This document shows, in pieces, positions 38,766-49,084 of a stretch of 64,000 nucleotides of DNA (its first letter is position 1; every line of letters begins with the position of its first letter). Under the pieces are notes generated by a model. It saw only the letters and a program-made list of their open reading frames with translations. It had not been told where the DNA came from and made no database searches. The DNA comes from a virus. Made by a program: the position numbers and the translations under genes. The stretch covers positions 1 through 64,000 of the IMG/VR virus record IMGVR_UViG_3300022602_000031; one strand, given 5' to 3'.

Positions 38766-41700
38766 TAACGAATTCCTATTAGAGGATTACCAAGATTTAG
38801 TGTTGCCGCTGTTACTGCGGATACTACTTCAATGTCATTTACTGTTGCGGCGCTGGTAATGATCTCCCAAGGCTCTGCGTCAATTTGGAAATAATTACCA
38901 AATACTAATGTAGCATCTGTAGGAACAATTAATACGCTGGCAATGTTTGGGGCCAGTGTTGCGTGTAAGTATCCAGCCAGTTCGCTAAAATAAAAAGTAT
39001 CGCCAAAGTCCCAATTAGCCACATCAAAATATTGATTAATTGCGGCAATAACCTGGCTCTTAACTTCGTTATCAGTAATCTGTACGCTTGGATTTACCAC
39101 TACCTGGAAGCGTGCCTGGAACGCAGGATTGGCCTTGGCACCAAACAATGGTTTAAATTGTGCGGCATTGTATATTAAGCTGTCGCTAACGGTTTTATAA
39201 TTGTCTAGCCCACTGTAGCTTAATTCAAGGCTAGCACTAGTTGGTGCTGTGGGTTTAGATACTTTACCAGTTAAATCACGTAACCAATTGATGTAACTTG
39301 TAGTGTAGTCAGCAGTTAAAATATATAAATCAATTAAGTTAACCGGTGTTGGGTCAATACGATTGCGACTTGGTGTATTGTGTTTGTATTGGAAATACAA
39401 ACTGCGGTTTGGTGCTGACGAATCGTATATTGTAGTAAATAGGTCAGGATTGTCTGGCACCTGTTCCATTTGGCTTTCGGGGCATTTTACTAAAACCTGT
39501 GCTGTATCAACATACCCATCTTCTTGTGTTACATTATTATAGATTACCCAGGTAGAGTCTGATCCCAACGGAGAACTACTGCCAGGCTGATTGTTAATTT
39601 TTAATATTTTAATAATGTCGTTAATATTTGTTCCAGTGGCACTACTGTAAACAGTACTGTTTGGATCATAATAGAATTTTGTAGCACCAGCTGATAAGAA
39701 ACTATAAGTTAGTTTTCTGTAGTCAACATAGTACAGGCCTTGGCGATAGCTGAAACGCAACATCCAATCTGTACTAGCACCAATGTCGGCTGTGGCTATG
39801 TTTTCCCAGGTCTGTGTGGTTTGATTGTAGCGTAGACCAAAATTAACTTTAGCTTTAGACTGTGCGGCCAACGTAGAAATAAGTGCGTTGCTTAGATCAT
39901 TTTTATAAGTTGGAATAATTGTTGTTACTACAGCACCAGTTGGCACTACTGTACCAAATGTAACCTGACTTGGGAGAACGCTATTGTTATTGCCCACTGT
40001 TGCGGTAACTGCGGCCCAGAATGTATAACTGTCTTCAGGAGTTTGTGGAGTACCACTGACAATTTGGTGTTGCTCATTAAAATAATGTCCAGCTGGGGCA
40101 GTAAATTTAATCAAACTTCCTACTGTGACATACTGTAGATTTGTGTTAATGCCGGCGCCAATTTGTTGTGTTAGTCCGCTGACCTGTAGGAACCCAGAAC
40201 TAGTTGATGTAGTACTAGTAGTAGATTGAGCAAACACAAGGTTAGCCGGTGCGGCGTATCGTGAGTAATTTTGATAATAGTAGTTACGCATTTCTGTGCT
40301 GGTCATTAGCGGAACAATATCATTGTATATTGTTGCGTAGATATCTGTTGCTGACAAGAAATCAAATGTGTAGGTACTGTAGTCGCTGGCGCCGCCGCCA
40401 GCGGCAATTAATTGTCCGTCATCACCAAAAATATTTGTAGTTGAATAGCTACCAGTTGGATCAATAGCATCAAGGTAAAGACTTACACCCGAGCTTGTAC
40501 GATTAACCGCTTTAATCTTTTGAATACTGTTATAGTTAGTCAGCGGGAAGATATTGTAATCTTCACCGGTGATCATACGATTTTGTGTGTAGTATTGTTG
40601 TGGTGCACTTGTTTTAATACTAGCCAATGTTTGGCTGGACGCGGCATTGGTTACTGTGTATTTTAAACTAGCAACAAATGTCAATGTTTCAACATTGTTA
40701 TTTCGTCCCACATAAGGAATAGCAACAATTACACTACTTAAATCATCAGGAGTAATACTATAGCTCAGTGCGTTACTAGTACGATAGTAAAAACGGAAAC
40801 CACCTTGTGGAATACTAGCAAATGATCCATCACCAAATATTAAATTAACTTGGTCATTGTTTAATGTGTTGACCTGATATAAATTTTTATTAGTCAATTG
40901 ATTGTAAATTACATTAACACCTGTGATTGTTGGGACTGCTGACCATTTTGTCTGCGGATTTCCGTTAACCCCAAGTTGGTATAACCAAAAGTCTGTATTG
41001 TTGATGTTACTGGTTGGAACAGTTACATAGTTATTTGGAATACTGTTTTGTACATTGAAGTTAGTGGCCTGTAGGCTACCTTGTTTGAAATATAAAAAGA
41101 ATCCAGTATTGTTACTACCATTACCGTTGTTGTCGTTGCGATACAGTATGTTAAACTTACCAATTGTAGTTGGGTCTGCTTCGTAGATATAACTTTCGCC
41201 TACTGTTGTTGCGCTTACTGCTTCAAATCCCATTGGTGTTCCGTTGATCGCGGCAGAAAAACTAGCAGTAGGAAGATTGGCGCTGTTTAGACTAACTGAG
41301 TATTCGTCAGTTTGTATACCATTGATAAGTTGGCTGTTGCCAGGTTTACCAATTGCCTGATTTGTGTTTAGTGTAGCATTTAGAATTGTGTTGAACTGTT
41401 CTAACCAATTGTCGTTGGTTAGGTCATTCCAATGTACGGTGTTGTTTGCCAGGTTATTGCCGTTGCTGTCGTAGACTGTTTCAGTAGTAGCAATACTGTC
41501 AATTTTTAATAAGCCACTGGCACTGGTACTGCGCTGTGGATTATAGGCCAGCATACGTGCTAGTTTAAGGATACTGTCACGGCGCTGTGCTGTATCAATA
41601 AAGTTTTCGCGAGCATTTAAATCTGTGCGGAAACTTAGGCTTTGTCCCAAAAAGCAAAGTACGTCAATCAATGCTAGAAACTCTGAGCTTTCTAAGAAGT

Positions 41701-41860
41701 CGTTAAATGTTTCTGGGTAATAGGTCTTGATATAATTTATCATGCTATTACGCAGAGTTTCAAAGTCGTAGCTGACAAAGTCAGCATTAGTAAATGCTTG
41801 ATAAACCTTAGTCCAATCTTGTTCTACTAGTAGATTGGTTTGACGTGTAGTTTGGGACAT
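38765..41860 (-). CDS. gp6: Baseplate wedge subunit, T4 gp6-like
   Basis: DFETLR..YI..YPETFNDFLESSE..LID..ENFIDTAQRRDSIL.LA.MLAY.P; later A..YY.QNRMIT.EDY. Confidence 0.88.
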   Translation of the reverse strand: MSQTTRQTNLLVEQDWTKVYQAFTNADFVSYDFETLRNSMINYIKTYYPETFNDFLESSEFLALIDVLCFLGQSLSFRTDLNARENFIDTAQRRDSILKLARMLAYNPQRSTSASGLLKIDSIATTETVYDSNGNNLANNTVHWNDLTNDNWLEQFNTILNATLNTNQAIGKPGNSQLINGIQTDEYSVSLNSANLPTASFSAAINGTPMGFEAVSATTVGESYIYEADPTTIGKFNILYRNDNNGNGSNNTGFFLYFKQGSLQATNFNVQNSIPNNYVTVPTSNINNTDFWLYQLGVNGNPQTKWSAVPTITGVNVIYNQLTNKNLYQVNTLNNDQVNLIFGDGSFASIPQGGFRFYYRTSNALSYSITPDDLSSVIVAIPYVGRNNNVETLTFVASLKYTVTNAASSQTLASIKTSAPQQYYTQNRMITGEDYNIFPLTNYNSIQKIKAVNRTSSGVSLYLDAIDPTGSYSTTNIFGDDGQLIAAGGGASDYSTYTFDFLSATDIYATIYNDIVPLMTSTEMRNYYYQNYSRYAAPANLVFAQSTTSTTSTSSGFLQVSGLTQQIGAGINTNLQYVTVGSLIKFTAPAGHYFNEQHQIVSGTPQTPEDSYTFWAAVTATVGNNNSVLPSQVTFGTVVPTGAVVTTIIPTYKNDLSNALISTLAAQSKAKVNFGLRYNQTTQTWENIATADIGASTDWMLRFSYRQGLYYVDYRKLTYSFLSAGATKFYYDPNSTVYSSATGTNINDIIKILKINNQPGSSSPLGSDSTWVIYNNVTQEDGYVDTAQVLVKCPESQMEQVPDNPDLFTTIYDSSAPNRSLYFQYKHNTPSRNRIDPTPVNLIDLYILTADYTTSYINWLRDLTGKVSKPTAPTSASLELSYSGLDNYKTVSDSLIYNAAQFKPLFGAKANPAFQARFQVVVNPSVQITDNEVKSQVIAAINQYFDVANWDFGDTFYFSELAGYLHATLAPNIASVLIVPTDATLVFGNYFQIDAEPWEIITSAATVNDIEVVSAVTAATLNLGNPLIGIR

Positions 41861-41909
41861 AATATTTTACCTATATTCAGTATTTATCAGGTAAAATTAT
41901 ATGGTATGT

Positions 41910-42299
41910 TTATTGTGTGGAGAAATTACTGAGTAGTTGTTGTGCTGACTTGTCAAAAGTCAAATTTAATACCGCTGTTTGGCTAGTAGGCACAAAAGTC
42001 AACGAAAGTTGTATCATATAGCCTTTGTCTTGTTGTGTAACCGAAACCTGGCCTACCTGTAGTCTAGGATCATAGCTGACAATACGTGTAATATCTTCGG
42101 TTATAGTAGCCTGAGTATCGTCGGTAAGTGGCTCAAACAACATATTCCAAATAATAGTACCAAATGTTGGCTGCATTAGGCGTTCGCCTTTGCGAGTTTG
42201 GAAATAATTTAATAAGTCTTGTCGTGCCAACTCAAAGTCAGTTAAACTGTACTTTTTTTGATTTTGGAGTGTACTAAATCCGCGATATGTAATAGGCAT
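41910..42299 (-). CDS. gp25: Baseplate wedge subunit, gp25-like
   Basis: D.ELARQDLLNYFQTRKGERLMQPTFGTIIW.MLFEP..YDPR. Confidence 0.92.
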   Translation of the reverse strand: MPITYRGFSTLQNQKKYSLTDFELARQDLLNYFQTRKGERLMQPTFGTIIWNMLFEPLTDDTQATITEDITRIVSYDPRLQVGQVSVTQQDKGYMIQLSLTFVPTSQTAVLNLTFDKSAQQLLSNFSTQ

Positions 42300-42306
42300 A
42301 TTGTAT

Positions 42307-42966
42307 TTATTGTGTTAAAACTGTTACAGCATAGCGGCCAGTATTATAGCTGTCGGCGCCTGCCCCTACATTAAAATATCTCCAGGCCCAGGCTCCTGTT
42401 CCGGTACCAGCCTGACTATTGCTCTGTGTGCCTATTCCCAATCCCAGTGTTACATATAGCATACCACCAACGATATCGGCAGAGTCTGTGTCAGTTATCA
42501 CGTTGATCTTTTTAGCATTTAAATAGGTTGTGTTTAAAATTTGATAGATCAAATGATCTTGTGCTGTAGAGTTATTTAAAAACTCGCCAAGACTGTTGAT
42601 ATTGTAAAAATATGTTGTTGCTGTGCCAGTGTTAATATATTTAGGACTCCAGCAATGGCGATAATTTACACAGGCATTGCCGTATTGTTTGTTGCTACCA
42701 CTGGCTAGTAGTCCGTAGTCTTCTAATACTTGTGGTGCTATTTGATAACGTCCAACTTCATTATTTGTGCCAATTTTTGTATAATCCCAGGCACTAGCAT
42801 CATATCCAATTTGTGCTACTAATGCTCGTGCCTGCCCGGGCGTTAATTGAGTTATAGCTGTATCCAACGGTTGTGCTATTGGCATTGTATTTTTGCCCAG
42901 CCAGGTTTGTGGTAGTGGGGTAGGTACAACACCACCGGCTGCCGCTTGAATACCAATGTCAGTCAT
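42307..42966 (-). CDS. Lysozyme-like fold protein, possibly catalytically degenerate
   Basis: GRYQI...LEDYG motif; DAS where ES would be expected; located beside gp5. Confidence 0.4.
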   Translation of the reverse strand: MTDIGIQAAAGGVVPTPLPQTWLGKNTMPIAQPLDTAITQLTPGQARALVAQIGYDASAWDYTKIGTNNEVGRYQIAPQVLEDYGLLASGSNKQYGNACVNYRHCWSPKYINTGTATTYFYNINSLGEFLNNSTAQDHLIYQILNTTYLNAKKINVITDTDSADIVGGMLYVTLGLGIGTQSNSQAGTGTGAWAWRYFNVGAGADSYNTGRYAVTVLTQ

Positions 42967-44498
42967 TATAATATTGCCCCTGCTATTGCGGCTGCAATGG
43001 CCACTTTACTTGGGTCTGGACGAGTTTTATAATCATCTTTGGTCCAAGGTTCGTGTGTTGGCACCAGTGTACATACACTTTGTAATACACCTTCGTTGAT
43101 GGCCCATCCTTTACTACCATCGTTGACTACGTCTTGGTGCGGACTAGTAACTATGTCAAGTGCTGGCGGCACCGGAATTGGCAAATACGGGCTATTTAAT
43201 AGTATAGTAGCGCCGTTAATTCTAGTACTTATTAATGAACTTAAATTTAAAATACCATTGGCACCTACGTTCATTACACCAGAGCCAATATTCATCATAA
43301 CTGTACTTCTAATAGATGCTGTTGTAACGGCTTTAATTTGTAGACTACCAGCACTTTGAATAGTAACATTATTGGATAGTCCCGACAATGCTCCACCTTG
43401 TGTGCCAGGTGCGCCACTGCTTTTTGCTGTGATGTTTACAGCGGCACCTTGTATGTTTACAGCACTATCGCTGTGCATATTAATTGGGCCACTGCTACGT
43501 AAGTTAAAGCCAGCGGCGCCATAGATATTGATTGATCCATCTGGACTAAATTCTAACCATTGATTACCACTGGCACTACCAATATAAAGTACGCCAGTTT
43601 TAAATGTGCCTTGATCATTGCTAAACTCAACGCTGTCATTCATTAGTATTTGATGCCCGGCACTGGTACGCAAACGTATTAGCTGATCGTTGCCGTCCTT
43701 GTCGCCATCGTCCATGACAAACTGATGACCGCCTTTACGGAATATTACTAAGTCAGGATTGTTAGGGATTTGATCTCCAGGCGTGCCTTTGGCTCCCGGT
43801 GTACTAATACCATATACATTACTTGGAGATTCGCGAAGGCTACTAGAACTAATTGCGCCGCGAACAGGATCTCTTTCTAGTCCTTGTGCTATTAGTTTTC
43901 CTGTTTGATATTCGTGTGGGAATCGTTTTGTTGTAACTAGGCCATCGGCAGTTTGTGCGTTAGTATCTTTTGACGAATACTCAATTACCGGAGTAAGTGT
44001 ATCTCCTGTCAACATTGATCCCAGTTGATCGCTTGGTGCTAGAGTATTATTTTGTCCGCCAATGTTACGTGCGATACCCGGAACCATATGATGGCTACCG
44101 CTGTCATAGACACAGGCAAACCAATAACCACGATTAATATCGCCAGCGGCAAACGTGACCAATACTTTATTCCCAATGTCTGGCGGCACAAACCACATAC
44201 CGTAGCTTTGTCCGGCTGTTACTGGACTGTCAGGAGTTGATTGTGTATCTGTTCCGTAGGTTGTTCCATAAAACGGACTTGCGTAACTAACTGGAACACC
44301 ATCGTCAGGCATTTCGTCTTGAGCACCCCAGTCTGGAATATAGACTTTTAGGCCGCCCATACGGCTGCCTTTAATGTGGCTAACCACTGTGCCTACATAC
44401 GGCCCAGCATCACGTACAAATCCTGATTTTTTATCGTTTGATATAGCATTAGGACCAGTACCAAATGTTGGTTTGAGATTATTTGTTCTATCCGTCAT
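42966..44498 (-). CDS. gp5: Baseplate hub/central spike, gp5/VgrG-like
   Basis: OB-fold motif YGMWFVPPDIGNKVLVTF..GYWF, GHQFVMDD..IRLRTSAGHQILMND, beta-helix repeats and C-terminal VPTHEPW. Confidence 0.8.
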   Translation of the reverse strand: MTDRTNNLKPTFGTGPNAISNDKKSGFVRDAGPYVGTVVSHIKGSRMGGLKVYIPDWGAQDEMPDDGVPVSYASPFYGTTYGTDTQSTPDSPVTAGQSYGMWFVPPDIGNKVLVTFAAGDINRGYWFACVYDSGSHHMVPGIARNIGGQNNTLAPSDQLGSMLTGDTLTPVIEYSSKDTNAQTADGLVTTKRFPHEYQTGKLIAQGLERDPVRGAISSSSLRESPSNVYGISTPGAKGTPGDQIPNNPDLVIFRKGGHQFVMDDGDKDGNDQLIRLRTSAGHQILMNDSVEFSNDQGTFKTGVLYIGSASGNQWLEFSPDGSINIYGAAGFNLRSSGPINMHSDSAVNIQGAAVNITAKSSGAPGTQGGALSGLSNNVTIQSAGSLQIKAVTTASIRSTVMMNIGSGVMNVGANGILNLSSLISTRINGATILLNSPYLPIPVPPALDIVTSPHQDVVNDGSKGWAINEGVLQSVCTLVPTHEPWTKDDYKTRPDPSKVAIAAAIAGAIL

Positions 44499-44511
44499 AA
44501 TTGATTATTCT

Positions 44512-46740
44512 CTATGTTCGTGCGTTGACACCTACTCCGTCAGTGCCTGCAGCCGACGGACCAGTAGTTAATTGTAGTGACGTAGGCACCAACGACAATT
44601 GAGGGGTTAGTTGTTGCGTACCCAATAGATTACTTGTGCTGGCATTTGTTGCGTTATTTACTATTGCTATTGTCGGCTGATTTGGAACTACCGTGGGAGT
44701 ATTAGTAGTAGAACTAATATTAGTACCACCAGTTTTAATAGTATTGTTGTTATTTGTGTTAACTGGATCTCTTGCCGAATCAACTAAAGATTTTTGATAT
44801 TTTCTAAAAGCATCCATTAACTTACTATTACTATAACGAGTCATTCTAATAACTTGTTCAAATTTACCATTGGCAAAATTACTTTTAACTGTTAGTATTC
44901 TATACTGACCATCAAATGTGCTGGGTCTAGTGCCCGGGGGTGGATAAATGTTACCTTGGTTACTAATATCAATATCGTTGTCAAGAGGACTGTTGATAGT
45001 TAACCGACAAACTACATCTCCATCGTCCATTCTAATAAATCCATATTTGTTACAAAAATCGGCCTGGCTTAAACTAGCATCTGTTTCTGCGCCACTATTT
45101 GGAGAAACATATAACCAATCGTCTTGTTTTAACAAGGTAGGGTCGCCGACAATTCGCATTTCAACGTACAACATATCCCCGTTAAGACGAGTATACAAAC
45201 TCGACATCACATCTAATCCTACCTGCGCTGCCGGGTTGGCAATGTTAGTAAAACCTTGTGTTAGCGTTGGTCTATTAACCTGTGGCAAATATTTCATTGG
45301 TGTATCATTACCGATTGTACCGAGCTGTGGGAAAAGTTGACTAACAAATCCTTGTGTTAATAATATGTCAGGACTATTAGTTGCTAATATATCTTTTAGT
45401 GTAACCCCTGTTGGCAGTTGACTAGCAAACTGGTTGGTAAATGACAGCACAGGAACAAAAAATGTACTGTCAAAATTCATTTTAAGTTCAACAATGTCTT
45501 TATTTTGGCCAGTATAGATATATTGATAATTTTTAACAGTATAGTCGTAGCTGTCTTTGAGTTGCGTGGTTCTTGGATGGTTAGTATTAAAACTTGTAAA
45601 TTTTTTAATAATAAAAGTAATATCTTTAGCTCGGTTACCTAACACCGGATCAAAAGCATCAACTGTTCCAGCATTGGGATCAGTGCTTAATATTTCTGCT
45701 GTTGATTTAAATCCTTTGTATTCTAACAACGTTTGAATTTTAAATGTATTAAGCAGTTGTGACTGATCAGTTTTGCTTGGATCTTTACCAAGCAGGCCAA
45801 GTTGATCCTGCATCCATTGGCTTTGTGCTAATACTTTAAATAAGATGTCTACGAGGTTTGTGCCAGCTGGTATAGTAAATTTCTTAGAATTAACATCTAA
45901 TGTTGTTTTAGTAGAATTAATTTCTGACAGCGGAGTGTTGTTGGAAGTTATTAATTTACTGCTGGCTATATCATCTTTAGGATCTGAAAAAGGAAAGGCA
46001 AATTTTAATCGGCTAGCATACGTTTGCGTTTTTTTTACTTCAACCAAATAAATTAACGCCGCGTTCCATTGTTTAGTTAGGTCATCAAAAAATTCTTTAA
46101 CTGTTGACGCCTGCACGGTAAAAATTTTAGGAGTTGCTATTGCACCTTGGTCGTATGCTTCGTGGCCCGATGCGGAAAACGATATAGTATATTGCGTTCC
46201 TTTATCGGTTAATTCAATTTTCATTTGAAGTAATCGTATAGGAAATCTTTTTCTGTATAACTTACTAGTCGATACCGGAATTGGATTTCCTTTTTCATCA
46301 AACCCAGTAAAGTCAACCTGTAGCATATATGGTCGATCTTGATAGTTTTTAAATGTTCCTGTTGCTGGATCAAAACTAGCACTAAGGAGAGTGTCAACTA
46401 GGCTAATACCATATGGTTCAACAATTATCATTTTACCATGTGTTATATTTCCGCTTTTGCTAGTGGCATTAAGACCAATGGTATTTTCCATTTCAACTTC
46501 TGTGATGTAGTAGTTAAGCCCAGCGGTACTAGGCAGTCTTTTATTGGCGTAAACTCCGCCGTCCTCGGCTAAAACATAACTGTTAGGCAAAAGTGCTGTT
46601 GCGCCAGCGCCAGGACTACGAGCATTTACTAGGTTATTGTAATCTGCTACGTCAAGCCACCAAAGACTAAAAGAATAAGTCCAGGTTGGAAACTGATGTA
46701 ACGGATTATCAATTGGTGTTGTTTTTGTTGGGTCAGCCAC
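44512..46740 (-). CDS. Baseplate hub protein (gp27-like position)
   Basis: NPLHQF..Y.FSL N-terminus, I.GDP.L and G.YRIL.V.S.FANGKFEQ C-terminus; directly upstream of gp5. Confidence 0.55.
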   Translation of the reverse strand: MADPTKTTPIDNPLHQFPTWTYSFSLWWLDVADYNNLVNARSPGAGATALLPNSYVLAEDGGVYANKRLPSTAGLNYYITEVEMENTIGLNATSKSGNITHGKMIIVEPYGISLVDTLLSASFDPATGTFKNYQDRPYMLQVDFTGFDEKGNPIPVSTSKLYRKRFPIRLLQMKIELTDKGTQYTISFSASGHEAYDQGAIATPKIFTVQASTVKEFFDDLTKQWNAALIYLVEVKKTQTYASRLKFAFPFSDPKDDIASSKLITSNNTPLSEINSTKTTLDVNSKKFTIPAGTNLVDILFKVLAQSQWMQDQLGLLGKDPSKTDQSQLLNTFKIQTLLEYKGFKSTAEILSTDPNAGTVDAFDPVLGNRAKDITFIIKKFTSFNTNHPRTTQLKDSYDYTVKNYQYIYTGQNKDIVELKMNFDSTFFVPVLSFTNQFASQLPTGVTLKDILATNSPDILLTQGFVSQLFPQLGTIGNDTPMKYLPQVNRPTLTQGFTNIANPAAQVGLDVMSSLYTRLNGDMLYVEMRIVGDPTLLKQDDWLYVSPNSGAETDASLSQADFCNKYGFIRMDDGDVVCRLTINSPLDNDIDISNQGNIYPPPGTRPSTFDGQYRILTVKSNFANGKFEQVIRMTRYSNSKLMDAFRKYQKSLVDSARDPVNTNNNNTIKTGGTNISSTTNTPTVVPNQPTIAIVNNATNASTSNLLGTQQLTPQLSLVPTSLQLTTGPSAAGTDGVGVNART

Positions 46741-46743
46741 GGC

Positions 46744-47046
46744 TTAATGTCCGATTGATGTAAGTATTGCGGATTTTGGAGGTAGAATTATAATTTTTGG
46801 TGCTACAAAATCAAAAGTAGGATCTTTAAGAACATCGGGATTGCGTACAGCAAATACCCACCAAAATGCCGAGTCGGCATAAAGGTCGTGTGCTAATAGA
46901 TCCGGTCTATAATTGTAGGGAGGATCAATTTGATACACTTTATCAGCTATGTCAGGTTGAATGTATTTGCCAGACCAGGTATCTAAAAATTGTCCCCATA
47001 GTTGTGTTCCTGCGTAGGGACTAGTAGAGTTATATGTTACTGACAT
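46744..47046 (-). CDS. gp53: Baseplate wedge subunit, gp53/LysM-like
   Basis: YRPDLLAHDLYADSAFWWVFAVRNP motif. Confidence 0.75.
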   Translation of the reverse strand: MSVTYNSTSPYAGTQLWGQFLDTWSGKYIQPDIADKVYQIDPPYNYRPDLLAHDLYADSAFWWVFAVRNPDVLKDPTFDFVAPKIIILPPKSAILTSIGH

Positions 47047-48041
47047 TATAAGAAACCTCCAACTGGTGGGGTTGTAACAACCTGGGTACCTCGCGTAGCT
47101 CCAAATGCGCTAGCAGGTCTGCCTAGACCAACCTGATTAATTAGTGCGCCATTGGCAAAGTCTTGTAGACTGAAGCTTTGGCTTTGTGATACACGACTGT
47201 ATACTGGCTGTACTGTTACTGTTACTGTGCTTGATGTTGGCAAGCGTGTGCTGGTTTTTCTTGGATTCTGTATAGCTGGGTAATAGGTAAACCCTGGTTC
47301 TGATACATCCATATAGTCAACGTCGCTAGGCATAGTATGACTAAAACTAGTTACTACTACAGGAACGTTGGGCAAGTAGTACTGGCCATACCCATTGAGA
47401 TACAGTATTGGCGGAGGATTACCGGCGGCTGGATTTTGATCTGCTCCAAAAAACATTTTTGTTGCCGCTCTTAAAAAATAAATTGTTGCTAGTAAATACT
47501 GGCCTTCAGTTAAATTTTGTACAGTAAATTCGCCAGCAATAGTAATAGCACTAACTTCACTGTTATTATAAAAATAACTAGCATAGTTTGTATGTGTTAA
47601 TTTTTGTGATTCGTAATTGGCAGTATGTGTAACGCTAAGTGTCGGAGTATAAGGAAATACTACCCCAATTCGTTGTTGTGCTGTGGTTTGCCCGCCAAGG
47701 CCTCCGGGCAATAAACTACCTACTACTGCGGTACCAGCATTGTCAGCACCGCCGCCTGCGCCAAATATCTCGCCCGACTGTTTCAATGGGGTTAGTAGAG
47801 TGTTGTTTGGATCGTTGTAAAAATAGTTAGCATAGTTAGGTAGTGTTAGTCTAACACGCCAATCTTCGGCAGCATCTGGATAAGAAATTTTAACCGACGG
47901 AGATTTTGAACCTGTAGCTTTTCCGTATAAAGTTGACAGATTGTCTCGTGTGGCCGCCTGACTAAACCCAAAAGGTTGTGTAAGAGCGTTAGCAATAGAG
48001 CCCGACATATTACTTGCTGAAGGATTAGATAGTATTGGCAT
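47046..48041 (-). CDS. Tail tube initiator/baseplate-tube junction protein (gp48/gp54-like)
   Basis: GVVFPYTP..Y..H.NY, GEFTVQN, PPPILYLNGYG..NVPVVVTSF..P.DVDY. Confidence 0.6.
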   Translation of the reverse strand: MPILSNPSASNMSGSIANALTQPFGFSQAATRDNLSTLYGKATGSKSPSVKISYPDAAEDWRVRLTLPNYANYFYNDPNNTLLTPLKQSGEIFGAGGGADNAGTAVVGSLLPGGLGGQTTAQQRIGVVFPYTPTLSVTHTANYESQKLTHTNYASYFYNNSEVSAITIAGEFTVQNLTEGQYLLATIYFLRAATKMFFGADQNPAAGNPPPILYLNGYGQYYLPNVPVVVTSFSHTMPSDVDYMDVSEPGFTYYPAIQNPRKTSTRLPTSSTVTVTVQPVYSRVSQSQSFSLQDFANGALINQVGLGRPASAFGATRGTQVVTTPPVGGFL

Positions 48042-48046
48042 ATGAG

Positions 48047-48054
48047 TATTTATC
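48047..48054 (-). promoter_or_regulatory. T4-type late promoter GATAAATA; the TAAATA core recurs at 17859, 26901, 41881 and 42304 (minus) and 59196, 60929 and 61233 (plus)
   Basis: The TAAATA core lies a few nt upstream of structural gene starts, matching the T4 gp55 consensus TATAAATA. Confidence 0.7.
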
Positions 48055-48098
48055 GGCTAGAATAAACGGCCCAGATAAAGACACTTATTTAGAAAAGG

Positions 48099-48127
48099 TT
48101 GACCTTGGCTATTAAATATGTTAGTAT
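48099..48127 (+). promoter_or_regulatory. Sigma70-type promoter for gp55
   Basis: TTGACC-17 nt-TAGTAT. Confidence 0.7.
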
Positions 48128-48154
48128 GTGCTTACTTTTATAAAGGACTAAGAG

Positions 48155-49039
48155 GTGCGCCATAATTATCTTAACAACAAAGACATTCTAAAAGAGATTC
48201 ACAAAAGCAAAAATACTTACTGTTACTATCAAAAACCCGAATACGGTGATTATGATATGATTCTTCCAGACGTAAGTAAAATTAATAAAAAGAACATTAA
48301 AGAAGCTAGACAAAACAGAGCAGACCGTTTAACTAAACTGGCACACGAAGCAGATTTAGCCGAAACAGGAGTTAAACGCAAATTAGATGAATTTGAAGTT
48401 AAGCTCAAAGATGTTCCGGACACCGATGTAGTATTCCGTGTAATGACCTGGGCTCATATACCAGTCGATGATGCCAAAAGCCGTAAGGCCGCTATCAAGC
48501 AAATGGAAGAAGATGGCGTACCACATTCCGAATACGACGACGATACCGAGATTGATATTTCCGGTAGTACTAAGTATGTTAAAGTAAATTTCCCACCATT
48601 TGAACACTACAAAGTTGACGAAACAGGCACACCAGTTTGTGTAGGACGTAGCCACTGGCAGGGTGGATTAAAAACTGGTAAATTTAATCGTGAGCACGGG
48701 AAAATGACTCCTAAGCTGGCTCATATGTTTATTAAGCTGTGTGAGCGGTATGCCACTCGCAGTAACTGGAGAGGATATACCTACAATGACGAAATGCGCT
48801 CACAGGCCTTGCTACAGCTCAGTCAAATTGGACTACAATTCGATGAATCAAAATCACAAAACCCTTTTGCTTATTATACTGCCGCTATTACTAATAGTTT
48901 TACTCGAGTACTTAATATTGAGAAGCGTAACCAGAATTTACGAGATGATATTTTAGAAATGAATAACCTAACACCTAGTTATACACGCCAGGGTATGGGC
49001 GCCGGACCAACATCATCCGAATCACATTATGATGAGTAA
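48155..49039 (+). CDS. gp55: Late-transcription sigma factor, gp55-like
   Basis: YLNNKDILKEI..SK; LCERYATRSNWRGYTYNDEM..FDESKSQNPFAYYT..F.R....EK. Confidence 0.9.
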   Translation: MRHNYLNNKDILKEIHKSKNTYCYYQKPEYGDYDMILPDVSKINKKNIKEARQNRADRLTKLAHEADLAETGVKRKLDEFEVKLKDVPDTDVVFRVMTWAHIPVDDAKSRKAAIKQMEEDGVPHSEYDDDTEIDISGSTKYVKVNFPPFEHYKVDETGTPVCVGRSHWQGGLKTGKFNREHGKMTPKLAHMFIKLCERYATRSNWRGYTYNDEMRSQALLQLSQIGLQFDESKSQNPFAYYTAAITNSFTRVLNIEKRNQNLRDDILEMNNLTPSYTRQGMGAGPTSSESHYDE

Positions 49040-49047
49040 ATAAGTCT

Positions 49048-49076
49048 TTGACTTTACTCATTTAATTCTCTATAGT
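49048..49076 (+). promoter_or_regulatory. Sigma70-type promoter for gp47/gp46
   Basis: TTGACT-17 nt-TATAGT. Confidence 0.72.
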
Positions 49077-49084
49077 AAGCTACT

